DNA of 64,000 bases from an uncultured Ruminococcus sp. (lineage in GTDB: Bacteria > Bacillota > Clostridia > Oscillospirales > CAG-272), in the NCBI GenBank assembly GCA_964522215.1, contig CAZFVR010000003.1, positions 43,112 through 107,111 on the forward strand, written 5' to 3'. Position 1 is the stretch's first letter; each line of letters starts with the position of its first letter. This document shows positions 48,328 to 58,055 of the stretch, one piece after another. Below the pieces are notes generated by a model that saw only the letters and a program-made list of their open reading frames with translations, did not search any database and was not told the origin of the DNA. The position numbers and the translations under genes are program-made.

Positions 48328-49611
48328 TCAAAGGTTGAATGCTACCTCTATCTCACGTATCTCATCGTCGCCGATCGGGACGATACTGCCGCCCATCGAT
48401 GCTATATCGCAAAGCGATTCCGCGCCGAACTCAAGCACTTCAAGACGGTCATAGGCATTGAGCGGTGAGGTTCCCGCAACTATCACCATATCACTGTCGA
48501 TAATGGCTATGGGCGTGTGCATGGATATCTTCTCTGCGATCTTGGCTGGTGCATCCTCAAGTGTACCAAGGGGATAACGCAGTGTGTTGCGCAGGCAGAT
48601 ATAGCCCTCCGGGATCATATGGGAGTTAAACTCGCTGCCAGTTACGGCAAAGCCCATTATGTATGGCGGACGCGCCATTGCTATGCTCTCGATATCCGGG
48701 TGCGCATCAAAGATACGTCTTACAAGGCCGGCAAAGCGAGAGGGCGTTTTGTTCTTCTCACATCTTGTATCCTCAACGTAAACAAGATCCTCCGCATCGA
48801 TCAGCCCCGCATCCTCACCCTCCGGGGTTATCAAAAAGCCTCGTCCCGCGCGGGAGGCAAAAATACCGCAGGCGGCGGTAAAGAGTTTGTTTTTATATGA
48901 GCGACGGCATTTATCGATAATATCCGCGCGCACGGGCGAAAAATCTGCCGCGACTATAGAATCGCTAAAGGCAAGCTCACGCACGGGGGATGACTTTTTT
49001 GCAAGCTCCTCGGGCGTGAGGACATGCCCCGGGCAGCGGAGCATTGATGCCGCCACTCCCGTCCTTGCGGTAAAATCCAACGCCTCAAACATCATATAGG
49101 CGCGCTCAAGGCTTTCGGCTCCGAGGACCACGCCATGATTTTCAAGCAAAACAGTATCACATCCCTTGGCAAACTCCGCAGATATATATCCGCCAAGCTT
49201 TTCGCTGCCCGGCAGTGCGTATTTGGCAATGGCTATTCTGCCGCAAAGTGCGGACACACCCGGAATGAGATCCATTTGCGGCAGCTGTCGCTCCAAGCTG
49301 TAGGCTACAAGTGCTGCGGGATGTGCATGCAACACGGCGTGCAGATCCGGTCTTGACCGAAGTACCGCAAGATGAAAGGGGTACTCGGTCGATGGGCGGT
49401 GCTTGCCATGTACAACGCCGTCAGGCGTGACCCACATGATATCCTCTGCCGTAAGATGTGCTTTATCCACACCGGACGGTGAGATCCAAAGGGTACCGTC
49501 ATCATCCATTATTGAAAGATTACCGCCGGAGGTGGTGGTAAGCTTGTTATCATACAGGCGGGTCATATAAAAGGCTATTTTTTCAGCCGGTGACATATTG
49601 AGTTTTTTCAT
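48328..49611 (-). CDS. tandem class II aldolase/adducin-domain protein (intact N-domain, ligand-less C-domain)
   Basis: N-domain: TSGGNLSI, PSTEYPFHLAV, AVLHAHP and LLENHGVV. The C-domain is homologous, but the corresponding positions read PSRFAGLV, IAMARP and IIDSDMVIV. Confidence 0.75.
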   Translation of the reverse strand: MKKLNMSPAEKIAFYMTRLYDNKLTTTSGGNLSIMDDDGTLWISPSGVDKAHLTAEDIMWVTPDGVVHGKHRPSTEYPFHLAVLRSRPDLHAVLHAHPAALVAYSLERQLPQMDLIPGVSALCGRIAIAKYALPGSEKLGGYISAEFAKGCDTVLLENHGVVLGAESLERAYMMFEALDFTARTGVAASMLRCPGHVLTPEELAKKSSPVRELAFSDSIVAADFSPVRADIIDKCRRSYKNKLFTAACGIFASRAGRGFLITPEGEDAGLIDAEDLVYVEDTRCEKNKTPSRFAGLVRRIFDAHPDIESIAMARPPYIMGFAVTGSEFNSHMIPEGYICLRNTLRYPLGTLEDAPAKIAEKISMHTPIAIIDSDMVIVAGTSPLNAYDRLEVLEFGAESLCDIASMGGSIVPIGDDEIREIEVAFNL

Positions 49612-49714
49612 TATTTAAGACTCCTATCGGCACACATGCCGATCTGTTAATTAATGGCTGGGCGAATCTTTAGGCACACATAGGTGCATGATGCGCCGCG
49701 CCCATCCTTAAAAT

Positions 49715-49743
49715 ATTATATCCTTAAATTGCCACGGAGTCAA
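49715..49743 (-). promoter_or_regulatory. sigA-type promoter TTGACT-17-TATAAT for the aldolase gene
   Basis: On the minus strand, TTGACT is at 49743..49738 and TATAAT at 49720..49715. A leader of about 100 nt runs to ATG 49611. Confidence 0.55.
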
Positions 49744-49813
49744 TACTTTTATTAAAATTTGAACGATCGAGTGCAAAACGAAATAATTATTCGTTGCGGC
49801 TTGGGTGGGCGCA

Positions 49814-50860
49814 TCAGTTTGCGGGCGCGGGCACGGGTGCGGAATAACGTTCGCCAAGGCTATCTATCACTGCGCGAACTGACTCGGCAGAACGGCGCAG
49901 CTGTTCAAGTTCGCCCGCATCAAGCGGGATCTGGAGCACCTTTTCTATCCCGCCGCGACCTACGATGCACGGCAGACCTATACAAACATCGCTGATGCCG
50001 TAATGCCCGCCCGCCAAAGTTGAGACTGGCAGTATGGTATGCTCATCCCGCACTATTGCCACGGCTATCCGCCGCACTGCCTCGGCGATCGCATAATAGG
50101 TCGCGCCCTTGGCGGCAATGATCCTGTATGCGGCATCCCTTACATCCAAAAAGATATCCTCAAAACTCCGTGGATCACAGCCGCAGGCGCACTCACTGCA
50201 AAAGCGGGAAAGATCCACCCCGGAAACATTTGCACTGCTGAACACCGCCACCTCGCTGTCTCCATGCTCGCCTATTATAAATGTATGCACATTGCGGCTG
50301 TCCACCCCTAAGCGCTCGCCCACCAACTGCTTTAACCGCGCCGTATCGAGCACCGTTCCCGAGCCGATCACACGACAGGCAGGCAGACCTGATCTTACAA
50401 GGGTGAGATATGTGAGGATATCGACCGGATTTGACACCACCAAAATGATACCGCGCGGGTCGATGGCGGATATTTTATCCACGATATCGGCAAATATCTG
50501 CTCGTTCTTATGGATGAGATCCATCCTGCTCTCACCTTCTTTTTGCGGCGCTCCCGCGGTGATGATAACGAGCGCCGCATCGGCGATATCCTTGTAGTCA
50601 CCGCTGTATATCGCCATTGGCGAATGGAACGGCAGGCCGTGTGCAATATCCTCCGCCTCGCCCTGCGCCTTGTCGGGGTCTATATCTATCAGCACCAGCT
50701 CACTGAACAGCTCGCTCTGCATCAGCGTGTAGGCAATGGTCGCGCCTACATTTCCGCACCCGATAACGGCGCATTTTCTGACATCGGCTTTTATTATATC
50801 TGTATCCGATCGTATATCAGACTGTTTGGATGTTGTTTTCTCGCTTGTTATTTTGCTCAT
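49814..50860 (-). CDS. ldh: L-lactate dehydrogenase
   Basis: Rossmann motif KCAVIGCGNVGAT, plus ITAGAPQKEGESRMDL and IIGEHGDSEV. There is an N-terminal extension of about 25 aa relative to typical LDH. Confidence 0.85.
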   Translation of the reverse strand: MSKITSEKTTSKQSDIRSDTDIIKADVRKCAVIGCGNVGATIAYTLMQSELFSELVLIDIDPDKAQGEAEDIAHGLPFHSPMAIYSGDYKDIADAALVIITAGAPQKEGESRMDLIHKNEQIFADIVDKISAIDPRGIILVVSNPVDILTYLTLVRSGLPACRVIGSGTVLDTARLKQLVGERLGVDSRNVHTFIIGEHGDSEVAVFSSANVSGVDLSRFCSECACGCDPRSFEDIFLDVRDAAYRIIAAKGATYYAIAEAVRRIAVAIVRDEHTILPVSTLAGGHYGISDVCIGLPCIVGRGGIEKVLQIPLDAGELEQLRRSAESVRAVIDSLGERYSAPVPAPAN

Positions 50861-50912
50861 TTCCTGCTCGATCTCCCCAAAAGCTTATTCTCGATTCAAT
50901 AAAAATGCGTAT

Positions 50913-50937
50913 GCGATCGGCATATGATGCCGACCGC
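50913..50937 (-). terminator. probable intrinsic terminator after glpK
   Basis: Minus-strand stem gcggtcggcat / atgccgatcgc (one wobble pair), followed after 7 nt by TTTTT. Confidence 0.45.
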
Positions 50938-50999
50938 ATATATTATTTACCGTTTTTGATCCATTGATTCGGGCAGACCCCAAATGCCGCAGGCAAGCC

Positions 51000-52487
51000 T
51001 TATTTTGTAAGTACTCTGCCCACTGCCTCGCGCCATCCTGCCAGCTTTACCGCTCGCTCATCAGCGGAGATGGTGGGTACAAAGGTCCTGTCAGCGTTCC
51101 AGTTTTCCGCGATCTCGTCAAGTGTGGCAAAAGCACCCGTGGCCAGTCCCGCAAGATTTGCGGCACCGAGTGCCGTGGTCTCAATGCACTGCGGGCGGAT
51201 TATTGGCGTACCGAGCAGATCCGCCTGTATCTCAAGCAAAAGATCATTTGCTGACGCGCCGCCATCTACCTTAAGGGAGGACATATCAGCTCCAGCCTCT
51301 CGCTTCATAAGATCAAGCACATCGGCGGTCTGATAAGCCATGGACTCAAGCACCGCACGCACCACATGTGCACGCGTTGTCCCGCGTGTGATGCCCAGCA
51401 GTGCGCCGCGCGCGTAAGGATCCCAATAAGGTGCGCCAAGTCCCACAAATGCGGGTACGAACCACACTCCGCCACTGCTTTGGACAGTACGCGCCACACC
51501 CTCAGTCTCTGCTGCACTCGCCACAAGGCCGAGTCCGTCACGCAGCCATTGCACGGCAGCACCGCAAACGAACACCGAGCCCTCAAGCGCGTATGTAACA
51601 GGTGCATCGCCTATCCCCCACGCTATGGTGGTGAGAAGTCCACCCTCCGATGTTACCGGGCGTGCGCCTGTGTTCATAAGCATGAATCCGCCTGTGCCGT
51701 ATGTATTCTTTGCATCGCCGTTTTTAAAACAGCACTGACCGAAGAGCGCGGCCTGCTGATCTCCGGCCACACCCGCCACCGGGATAGGTGCTCCAAAAAG
51801 TACGGGGTCGGTCTCACCGAATATCCCGGAAGAGGGACGGACCTCCGGCAGCATACAGCGTGGGATATTAAAGAGGCGCAAAAGCTCGTCATCCCACTCA
51901 AGCGTATGGATATTAAAGAGCATCGTGCGGGAGGCGTTTGAAAGATCTGTGGCGTGAACACGACCACCGGTAAGGTTATAGATCAGCCAGCTGTCGACCG
52001 TTCCAAAGCAAAGCTCGCCGCGTTCCGCCCTATCGCGTGCACCCGGAATATTATCAAGTATCCATTTGAGCTTTGTTGCCGAAAAATAGGCATCTATCAA
52101 AAGCCCAGTGCGGCGGCGGATATCCTCACAAAGCTCACCGCTCTTTATATAGTCGCAATACTCTGCCGTGCGGCGGCATTGCCACACGATCGCATTGCAT
52201 ATCGGACGCCCGCTGTTGCGCTCCCAAACGATAGTTGTTTCGCGCTGATTAGTGATACCGATGCCGTAAACATCGCAGGCACCGATACCCGCGCGGGCAA
52301 GTGCTTCACGCGCGACCTCAAGTTGTGTATTCCATATATCCATGGGGTCATGCTCGACCCACCCTCGGTGTGGGAAATGCTGCGGAAATTCCTTTTGTGA
52401 GGATGCAATTATCCTGCCCCCGCGATCGAATACTATAGAGCGGGAGCTGGTGGTTCCCTGATCAAGTGCTAAAAGATATTTGGGCAT
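51000..52487 (-). CDS. glpK: glycerol kinase
   Basis: [43 protein letters not shown] and VDGGASAN. Confidence 0.95.
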   Translation of the reverse strand: MPKYLLALDQGTTSSRSIVFDRGGRIIASSQKEFPQHFPHRGWVEHDPMDIWNTQLEVAREALARAGIGACDVYGIGITNQRETTIVWERNSGRPICNAIVWQCRRTAEYCDYIKSGELCEDIRRRTGLLIDAYFSATKLKWILDNIPGARDRAERGELCFGTVDSWLIYNLTGGRVHATDLSNASRTMLFNIHTLEWDDELLRLFNIPRCMLPEVRPSSGIFGETDPVLFGAPIPVAGVAGDQQAALFGQCCFKNGDAKNTYGTGGFMLMNTGARPVTSEGGLLTTIAWGIGDAPVTYALEGSVFVCGAAVQWLRDGLGLVASAAETEGVARTVQSSGGVWFVPAFVGLGAPYWDPYARGALLGITRGTTRAHVVRAVLESMAYQTADVLDLMKREAGADMSSLKVDGGASANDLLLEIQADLLGTPIIRPQCIETTALGAANLAGLATGAFATLDEIAENWNADRTFVPTISADERAVKLAGWREAVGRVLTK

Positions 52488-52650
52488 GGCAATACCTCCG
52501 TCGTTTTTTCGGCTCGATCTTTATGTCAGCTCGATTTTTTCCATGATATCATTATACACATTATACAGCATAACCGGGTGCATTTCAATATTCAAGAAAA
52601 TAATTTCTTAATCTTTTTTCTTTTTTTCACTCGGTCGGATATGTCAAATA

Positions 52651-53544
52651 TCAAATATTATTATTATTTTTCCCGTTATCGCTATCATCAGCCGTCGGCA
52701 CGGCATCAAGCCCGCTGTCCGAGCGCACGGCACGTATCGACGCCACGGCCGCCGAGAGTGCCGCAGCAGCACGCTTGGGGTAAATGAGCACGGAGCGACC
52801 TCCGCCGAGCGGATCGGCAGTTGTTGTATAGTTATCATCCTCGACAGCGTCATCGATCCCCAGTGCCGCAGATGCGCCGCCAAGCGCCGAGGATATCGCC
52901 GACAATGAGACGGACAGTGCGCGCATGGCGCGATGAAGCTCGGCCGAGAGCCGCTCGGCGATCATGGCACTGCGGCGCACAGCCTCTGACATTTTGAGAT
53001 ACTCCTCGCTGTCATCTCGCATGCCGACCAAACGCGCGGCATGTGATGCATACTTAAACTCGGTCGCCAGCATAAGCGCCGAGGATGCACACTCGCGCAG
53101 GCGCGTTGCCGTCGCGGCAGAGGAGCCGGATACCGCCGACATCTCGCGTGTTGCCGCACCCAGCCGCGAGCAGAGCGAGATGAAGCTCTCGACCGCATAT
53201 CGGCGCTCGCCCTCAGAATAGGAAAAGACAAAATCGCGCAAAAGTCCGTGCGCGCCCCATTCATCCATCTGACTTTCAAGCAGAGTGAGCGCGCCGCTTA
53301 TCGCTTCTGCGGCGTGAATATAGGAGCGCTCAGCTTCATCAGCAACCGGATCGATGGCAAGATCCTGCTCCCTCATGCGTTCCATAAGCCGTGCTGTCTC
53401 CCTGCCTGCAGCTCTATCACCTTGACGGCTGTCATAGTCATTTATATACTTTTCAATGAAAGCCAGCGCCTCGCCGTCATCCGGGCGCAGGCTGATATTT
53501 TCATCCGCCAAACGCCTAAAAAGCTCAGTTCTTGTCATCGTCAC
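52651..53544 (-). CDS. hypothetical soluble alpha-helical, Ala/Ser-rich protein
   Basis: 297 aa ORF with GGAGAGG directly upstream of its ATG and coding-like GC3. No TM segment and no recognised motif. Confidence 0.4.
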   Translation of the reverse strand: MTMTRTELFRRLADENISLRPDDGEALAFIEKYINDYDSRQGDRAAGRETARLMERMREQDLAIDPVADEAERSYIHAAEAISGALTLLESQMDEWGAHGLLRDFVFSYSEGERRYAVESFISLCSRLGAATREMSAVSGSSAATATRLRECASSALMLATEFKYASHAARLVGMRDDSEEYLKMSEAVRRSAMIAERLSAELHRAMRALSVSLSAISSALGGASAALGIDDAVEDDNYTTTADPLGGGRSVLIYPKRAAAALSAAVASIRAVRSDSGLDAVPTADDSDNGKNNNNI

Positions 53545-53626
53545 CTCTCCGTTCGGGATAACAGAGATCCCACAGTGCAGTCTTAAATTATGTTTTGATT
53601 TTTAAAATTTTAATTTTAAAACAACA

Positions 53627-53648
53627 ATGCGGATCGCCTTATCCGCAT
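53627..53648 (-). terminator. intrinsic terminator after khpA
   Basis: Stem atgcggat / atccgcat, followed on the minus strand by UGUUGUUUU. Confidence 0.6.
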
Positions 53649-53704
53649 AAAAAAGACGGTGGGCTGACGCGCCGAAAGCACGACAATCCCACCATGGTCT
53701 TGGA

Positions 53705-53944
53705 TCATTTTATCTCAACCGTGACTTTTTTGCCGGAGCCGGCCGATGCGGCCTTGACTACGGTACGGATGGCCTTGGCTATCTTGCCGTGTCTGCCGAT
53801 GACCATGCCGGTCTCATCGGGAGCAACGGTAAGCAAAAGCTCAACGCTTGCGTCACTTTCGTTGTCGGTGCGGGTCACGGTAACAGCATCCGGCGTATCG
53901 ACTATGGCTTTTGCCACGTCTTCAACGAGTTTTTCGAGCTCCAT
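53705..53944 (-). CDS. khpA: KH-domain RNA-binding protein (YlqC/KhpA)
   Basis: GMVIGRHGKIAKAIRTV (GxxG KH loop), 79 aa, immediately downstream of rpsP. Confidence 0.8.
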   Translation of the reverse strand: MELEKLVEDVAKAIVDTPDAVTVTRTDNESDASVELLLTVAPDETGMVIGRHGKIAKAIRTVVKAASAGSGKKVTVEIK

Positions 53945-53959
53945 ATCAGTTACCGACTA

Positions 53960-54202
53960 TCAGTCAATAACGCCGGCTTTTTTAAGCAGGACCTTGACGG
54001 TTTCGGTGGGCTGGGCGCCGTTCTTTATCCACTCGCGAGCCTTGTCAGCATCGATCTTTACGGTTGCGGGCTCGGTGAGGGGATTGTAGTAGCCAACCTC
54101 CTCGATGAATCTGCCGTTGCGGGGAGAACGCTCGTCAGCAACGATCACGCGGTAGAAGGGCTGCTTCTTTGCACCCATTCTTCTAAGTCTCATTTTTACC
54201 AT
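53960..54202 (-). CDS. rpsP: 30S ribosomal protein S16
   Basis: [41 protein letters not shown]. Confidence 0.95.
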   Translation of the reverse strand: MVKMRLRRMGAKKQPFYRVIVADERSPRNGRFIEEVGYYNPLTEPATVKIDADKAREWIKNGAQPTETVKVLLKKAGVID

Positions 54203-54249
54203 TGTTTTTTCCTCCGAAAATGTTGAATTAAATTTATTTTTGAAAATCC

Positions 54250-55590
54250 TTAAAACGGAAATTTCATTCCTTTTTTACCGCGCCCGCGGCGCTTGCCCTG
54301 CGATGAAAATTGCTTCATCAGCTTTTTTGTCTGCTCAAATTGCTTTAGCAGTCTGTTTACATCCTCAATGGATGTTCCGCTGCCCGCGGCGATGCGGCGC
54401 TTGCGGGAGGAGTTGAGTATCTCCGGCTTTACTCGCTCACGCGGAGTCATGGATCTTATTATCGCCTCGGTATGTGCGATGGCTTTTTCATCTATCTTGA
54501 CGTCCTTGAGCGCCGATGCGTTAACACCGGGCATCATACCAAGCAGCTGCTCCATAGAGCCCATGTTCTTTATCTGCGCAAACTGGTCAAGATAATCATC
54601 AAGAGTGAAGGTCTGCTCGCGCAGCTTACGCTCAAGCTCCTCGGCCTGCTTTTCGTCATACGCTGCCTCTGCCTTTTCTATCAAAGACAGCACGTCTCCC
54701 ATGCCAAGTATACGACCGGCCATACGATCCGGATAAAACGGCTCGATGGCATCTATCTTTTCACCGACACCGACGAATTTTATCGGCTTACCTGTCACAT
54801 AACGGACAGAGAGCGCCGCGCCGCCGCGCGTATCACCGTCAAGCTTTGTAAGGATAACGCCGGAGATATCCAGCATCTCGTTAAACTTTTCGGCAACATT
54901 TACGGCATCCTGACCTATCATTGAATCGATGGTGAGCAATATCTCGGTCGGAGAGGTCTCCGCCTTTATCGACTGAAGCTCACCCATGAGGGTCTCGTCT
55001 ATATGAAGTCGACCCGCAGTATCGATGAAGACCATATCACAAAAGTTCTTTTTTGCGTACGCAAGGCCGTTTTTGGCAATGGTGACCGGGGAGACATCTA
55101 TCCCCTCCGAATACACAGGAACACCGATCTGCTCGCCGAGTATTTGAAGCTGCTTTACAGCCGCGGGACGATAGACATCACATGCCACCAAAAGCGGACG
55201 TTTGCCCTGCTTTTTGTACATTGCCGCAAGCTTTGCGGCGTGTGTGGTCTTACCCGCGCCTTGAAGACCTACCATCATTATAACAGTTGGCGGGTTTGAG
55301 GCGATGGTGAGCTTTGCCTGCGTGCCACCCATGAGAGCGGTAAGCTCCTCGTTTACTATTTTTATTATCTGCTGTGCCGGCAAAAGTGACTCAAGCACAT
55401 CCGAACCGACTGCACGCTCTGTTACCGTTTTGGTGAATTCCTTGACCACCTTGAAGTTTACATCCGCTTCAAGCAGGGCCATTTTGACCTCACGCATGCC
55501 GGCGCGAACATCAGCCTCGGTAAGCTTGCCTTTGCTTTTGAACTTTTTAAAAGCCTCTGTGAGCTTTTCGCTCAAGCTTGAAAAGACCAC
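54250..55590 (-). CDS. ffh: signal recognition particle protein Ffh
   Basis: NG domain motifs [15 protein letters not shown] and TKLDGD. Met-rich M domain ([13 protein letters not shown]). Confidence 0.95.
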   Translation of the reverse strand: MVFSSLSEKLTEAFKKFKSKGKLTEADVRAGMREVKMALLEADVNFKVVKEFTKTVTERAVGSDVLESLLPAQQIIKIVNEELTALMGGTQAKLTIASNPPTVIMMVGLQGAGKTTHAAKLAAMYKKQGKRPLLVACDVYRPAAVKQLQILGEQIGVPVYSEGIDVSPVTIAKNGLAYAKKNFCDMVFIDTAGRLHIDETLMGELQSIKAETSPTEILLTIDSMIGQDAVNVAEKFNEMLDISGVILTKLDGDTRGGAALSVRYVTGKPIKFVGVGEKIDAIEPFYPDRMAGRILGMGDVLSLIEKAEAAYDEKQAEELERKLREQTFTLDDYLDQFAQIKNMGSMEQLLGMMPGVNASALKDVKIDEKAIAHTEAIIRSMTPRERVKPEILNSSRKRRIAAGSGTSIEDVNRLLKQFEQTKKLMKQFSSQGKRRGRGKKGMKFPF

Positions 55591-55674
55591 TTGTACCCTC
55601 CCCTCGTTCGTTTTATAGTGAGTTATCGTTATATATCGTTATTTTGTCGTTGTCTTATCTTGTTTGAAGATCCG

Positions 55675-56004
55675 TCAGCCGACGGTCTCTGCGATCCTGT
55701 CTATGACCGCGCGAAGATGATCATCATCACCCCGACCTATCAGCGCGCGCGCATCATCCGCCAAGCTCTCGATATCGCGAAAGCGGCGTGCAAGCCCCAG
55801 CTTTTCCTCATAAAACATAAGCTCATCGCCCGCTTTTTTTATAAGATCGCGCACTCCCTGCCGCGTGATGCCAAGGACAGCGGCGATCTCGGCCAAGGAC
55901 ATATCATCGTTATAATAACAATTCATCGCCTCTCGGCGGTGGTCGCTTAAAAGCTCACCGTAAAAATCCAAAAGATAGCCAAGCTCAAGATTTTTTTCAA
56001 ACAA
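55675..56004 (-). CDS. ylxM: YlxM/UPF0122 putative DNA-binding protein
   Basis: LLDFYGELLSDHRREAMNCYYNDDMSLAEIAAVLGITRQGVRDLIKKA. I place the start at TTG 56004 behind GAAAGGGTGG, giving the typical 110 aa. The ORF-track start at 56106 is probably too long. Confidence 0.75.
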   Translation of the reverse strand: MFEKNLELGYLLDFYGELLSDHRREAMNCYYNDDMSLAEIAAVLGITRQGVRDLIKKAGDELMFYEEKLGLARRFRDIESLADDARALIGRGDDDHLRAVIDRIAETVG

Positions 56005-56165
56005 AAGACCCGACCACCCTTTCAAAACTCCTGTTTTTATCGCATTCCGGACTTTCCCGCAAGCGTTTTTTGCGTGTAAAGCTTTTTGCTTTACATAGTA
56101 TAGCACAGATCCGACGATATGTCAATAGGTAAATTTGATTTTGTTGAGTTTTTCGCCGCACTCGG

Positions 56166-56194
56166 TTGACAAACATATACAAGCACGTTATAAT
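56166..56194 (+). promoter_or_regulatory. exact consensus sigA promoter TTGACA-17-TATAAT upstream of the AAA ATPase gene
   Basis: TTGACA at 56166..56171 and TATAAT at 56189..56194. Confidence 0.6.
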
Positions 56195-56239
56195 AAATAT
56201 AATCAAAATTAGGATACCCAAGCAAAGATAAAGGAACGT

Positions 56240-57163
56240 GTGATCTTGAAGTACATAGACAGCTTTACAGTCGCCTCCGACACGCAAGAGGTAGATTACT
56301 TTTTAAGCGATCGCCTGCAAAAATATGACATGCAGTGCTTCTCACAGACGAGCTTATATCCGTTTGGGATATTTCCCAAGCGGGGGCTGCACCGCATTAC
56401 GTTTGATAACATAACTCTGATATGTGGCGGCAACGGCTCGGGAAAGTCAACTCTTTTGAATATAATAGCCAAAAAACTGCATCTGCGCCGCCGCGCACCC
56501 TTTAATTTCACTCCATATTATGAAGAATACCTTGGCATGTGTGATGCAGAGCTGACATTTGGCAGCACGCCACCCTCCGAAAGCAAGATAATTACGAGCG
56601 ACGACGTTTTTGACTATCTGCTTGATATAAGATCGCTGAACACAGGGGTGGACAAAAGGCGGACCGAGCTTTTTCTTGAATACGAGCAAAAAAGAGAGCA
56701 CAGCGGCGAATATCGCCTTGGCAGCCTTGAAGAATATGATGAATTGAAACGGCGCAACGATGCGCGGCGGATGACGAGATCCTCATTCGTGAGTCGGGAT
56801 CTGCCGCGAGATCTCGCAACACATTCAAACGGCGAGAGCGGATACACCTATTTTACACAGGAGATAGACAGCGGTGCGCTTTATCTTTTGGATGAGCCCG
56901 AGAACAGCCTTTCCGCCACACTGCAAAAAAAGCTTGCCGATTTTATAGTCGATTCGGCTCGCTTCTACGATTGCCAGTTTATCATCTCCACCCACTCACC
57001 GTTTTTGATGGCTATGCGGGATGCCGTGGTGTATGACCTTGACACCACCCCTGTGAGCCAAGTGCCGTGGTATGACACCGCAAGCGTGCGTCTTTGGAAT
57101 GATTTCTTTCTTGAGCATTATGACGAGATGCGTGAGGCGCGCGGCGCGGCGCGGGAGAGCTGA
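56240..57163 (+). CDS. stand-alone ABC-type (AAA_21-like) ATPase
   Basis: Walker A CGGNGSGKSTLLN, signature-like SNGESG, Walker B LYLLDEPENSLS and H-loop STHSPFLM. Start is GTG 56240 or TTG 56246, behind AAGGAA. Confidence 0.7.
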   Translation: MILKYIDSFTVASDTQEVDYFLSDRLQKYDMQCFSQTSLYPFGIFPKRGLHRITFDNITLICGGNGSGKSTLLNIIAKKLHLRRRAPFNFTPYYEEYLGMCDAELTFGSTPPSESKIITSDDVFDYLLDIRSLNTGVDKRRTELFLEYEQKREHSGEYRLGSLEEYDELKRRNDARRMTRSSFVSRDLPRDLATHSNGESGYTYFTQEIDSGALYLLDEPENSLSATLQKKLADFIVDSARFYDCQFIISTHSPFLMAMRDAVVYDLDTTPVSQVPWYDTASVRLWNDFFLEHYDEMREARGAARES

Positions 57164-57238
57164 ACCAAGCTTTTGACATCGATATTCGTGCTTCAGCGGA
57201 GAATGACGGTAATTTTAAGCTTAAATTGCAAAAAACAC

Positions 57239-57267
57239 TTGACAGAACGGCCGCAATTTAATATAAT
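57239..57267 (+). promoter_or_regulatory. exact consensus sigA promoter TTGACA-17-TATAAT upstream of mscL
   Basis: TTGACA at 57239..57244 and TATAAT at 57262..57267. A leader of about 120 nt runs to ATG 57394. Confidence 0.6.
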
Positions 57268-57393
57268 TTAATTATCATCACAGGATCGTTGCGGAGCGGG
57301 AGCTCGGCGGCATCGTACCGGCAGGATCCCGATGCTCCAAAACGGGAAAATTACATTTTTATGCCGCCCGCGGCGGCAAAACGGAGGATCATT

Positions 57394-57939
57394 ATGGCAA
57401 AAAAAGAAAAAAAGAAATCCGGCTTTTGGTCAGATTTTCGTAAATTCGTAATGCGCGGCAACGTCCTTGACCTTGCAGTAGCGGTGGTCGTCGGCGGCGC
57501 GTTCAACAAGATCGTATCCGGTCTTGTCTCCTACATCATCAACCCCTTTATCGGCATCTTTATGAAAGAGGGCAGTCTTGACACCATCAAGACGGTTATC
57601 ACCCCCGCAGTGCTTGCAGATGACGGCGTTACCGTTGTAACACCCGAGGTCGCTATCCTTTGGGGCACATGGCTTCAGACGATACTTGACTTTCTTATCA
57701 TCGCGCTGGTCATATTCACCATCGTTCGTGTACTGACCAAGGCCGAGAACACTCTTCACGCCCGTCAGATCGCCGAGAAGGCTGAGGCTGACAAAAAGGC
57801 CGCCGAAAAGGCAGAGGCCGAAAAGAAAGCCGCCGAGGAAGCAGCTGCCGCTCTCGAGGCTGAGAACAAGAGACTTCGCGAGTCCCTGCTCAACCAGGAA
57901 AAGCTGCTTGCCGACATCCTTGCCGCTGTTAAAAAGTAA
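57394..57939 (+). CDS. mscL: large-conductance mechanosensitive channel MscL with an extended A/E/K-rich C-terminus
   Basis: FRKFVMRGNVLDLAVAVVVGGAFNKIVSGLVSYIINPFIG. Start MAKKEKKK (ATG 57394) behind GGAGGA. Confidence 0.85.
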   Translation: MAKKEKKKSGFWSDFRKFVMRGNVLDLAVAVVVGGAFNKIVSGLVSYIINPFIGIFMKEGSLDTIKTVITPAVLADDGVTVVTPEVAILWGTWLQTILDFLIIALVIFTIVRVLTKAENTLHARQIAEKAEADKKAAEKAEAEKKAAEEAAAALEAENKRLRESLLNQEKLLADILAAVKK

Positions 57940-57985
57940 TACGGCGGGTATCACGGCAACCGATAAAATATTACCGTAAAAGCAT

Positions 57986-58027
57986 AAAGATCGATGTGTT
58001 AGCCATTGGCGGCGCATCGATCTTTTT
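57986..58027 (+). terminator. intrinsic terminator after mscL
   Basis: Arms aaagatcgatg / catcgatcttt followed by TTTT. Confidence 0.55.
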
Positions 58028-58055
58028 TGCTTTTTTAGTCATATCGGACATGTAA

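Noticed and set aside
55675-56106. The full 143 aa ylxM ORF as given in the track.
   Set aside because: The extra 33 N-terminal residues have no counterpart in YlxM/UPF0122 proteins. A TTG at 56004 behind GAAAGGGTGG gives the canonical length of about 110 aa, so I shortened the call.
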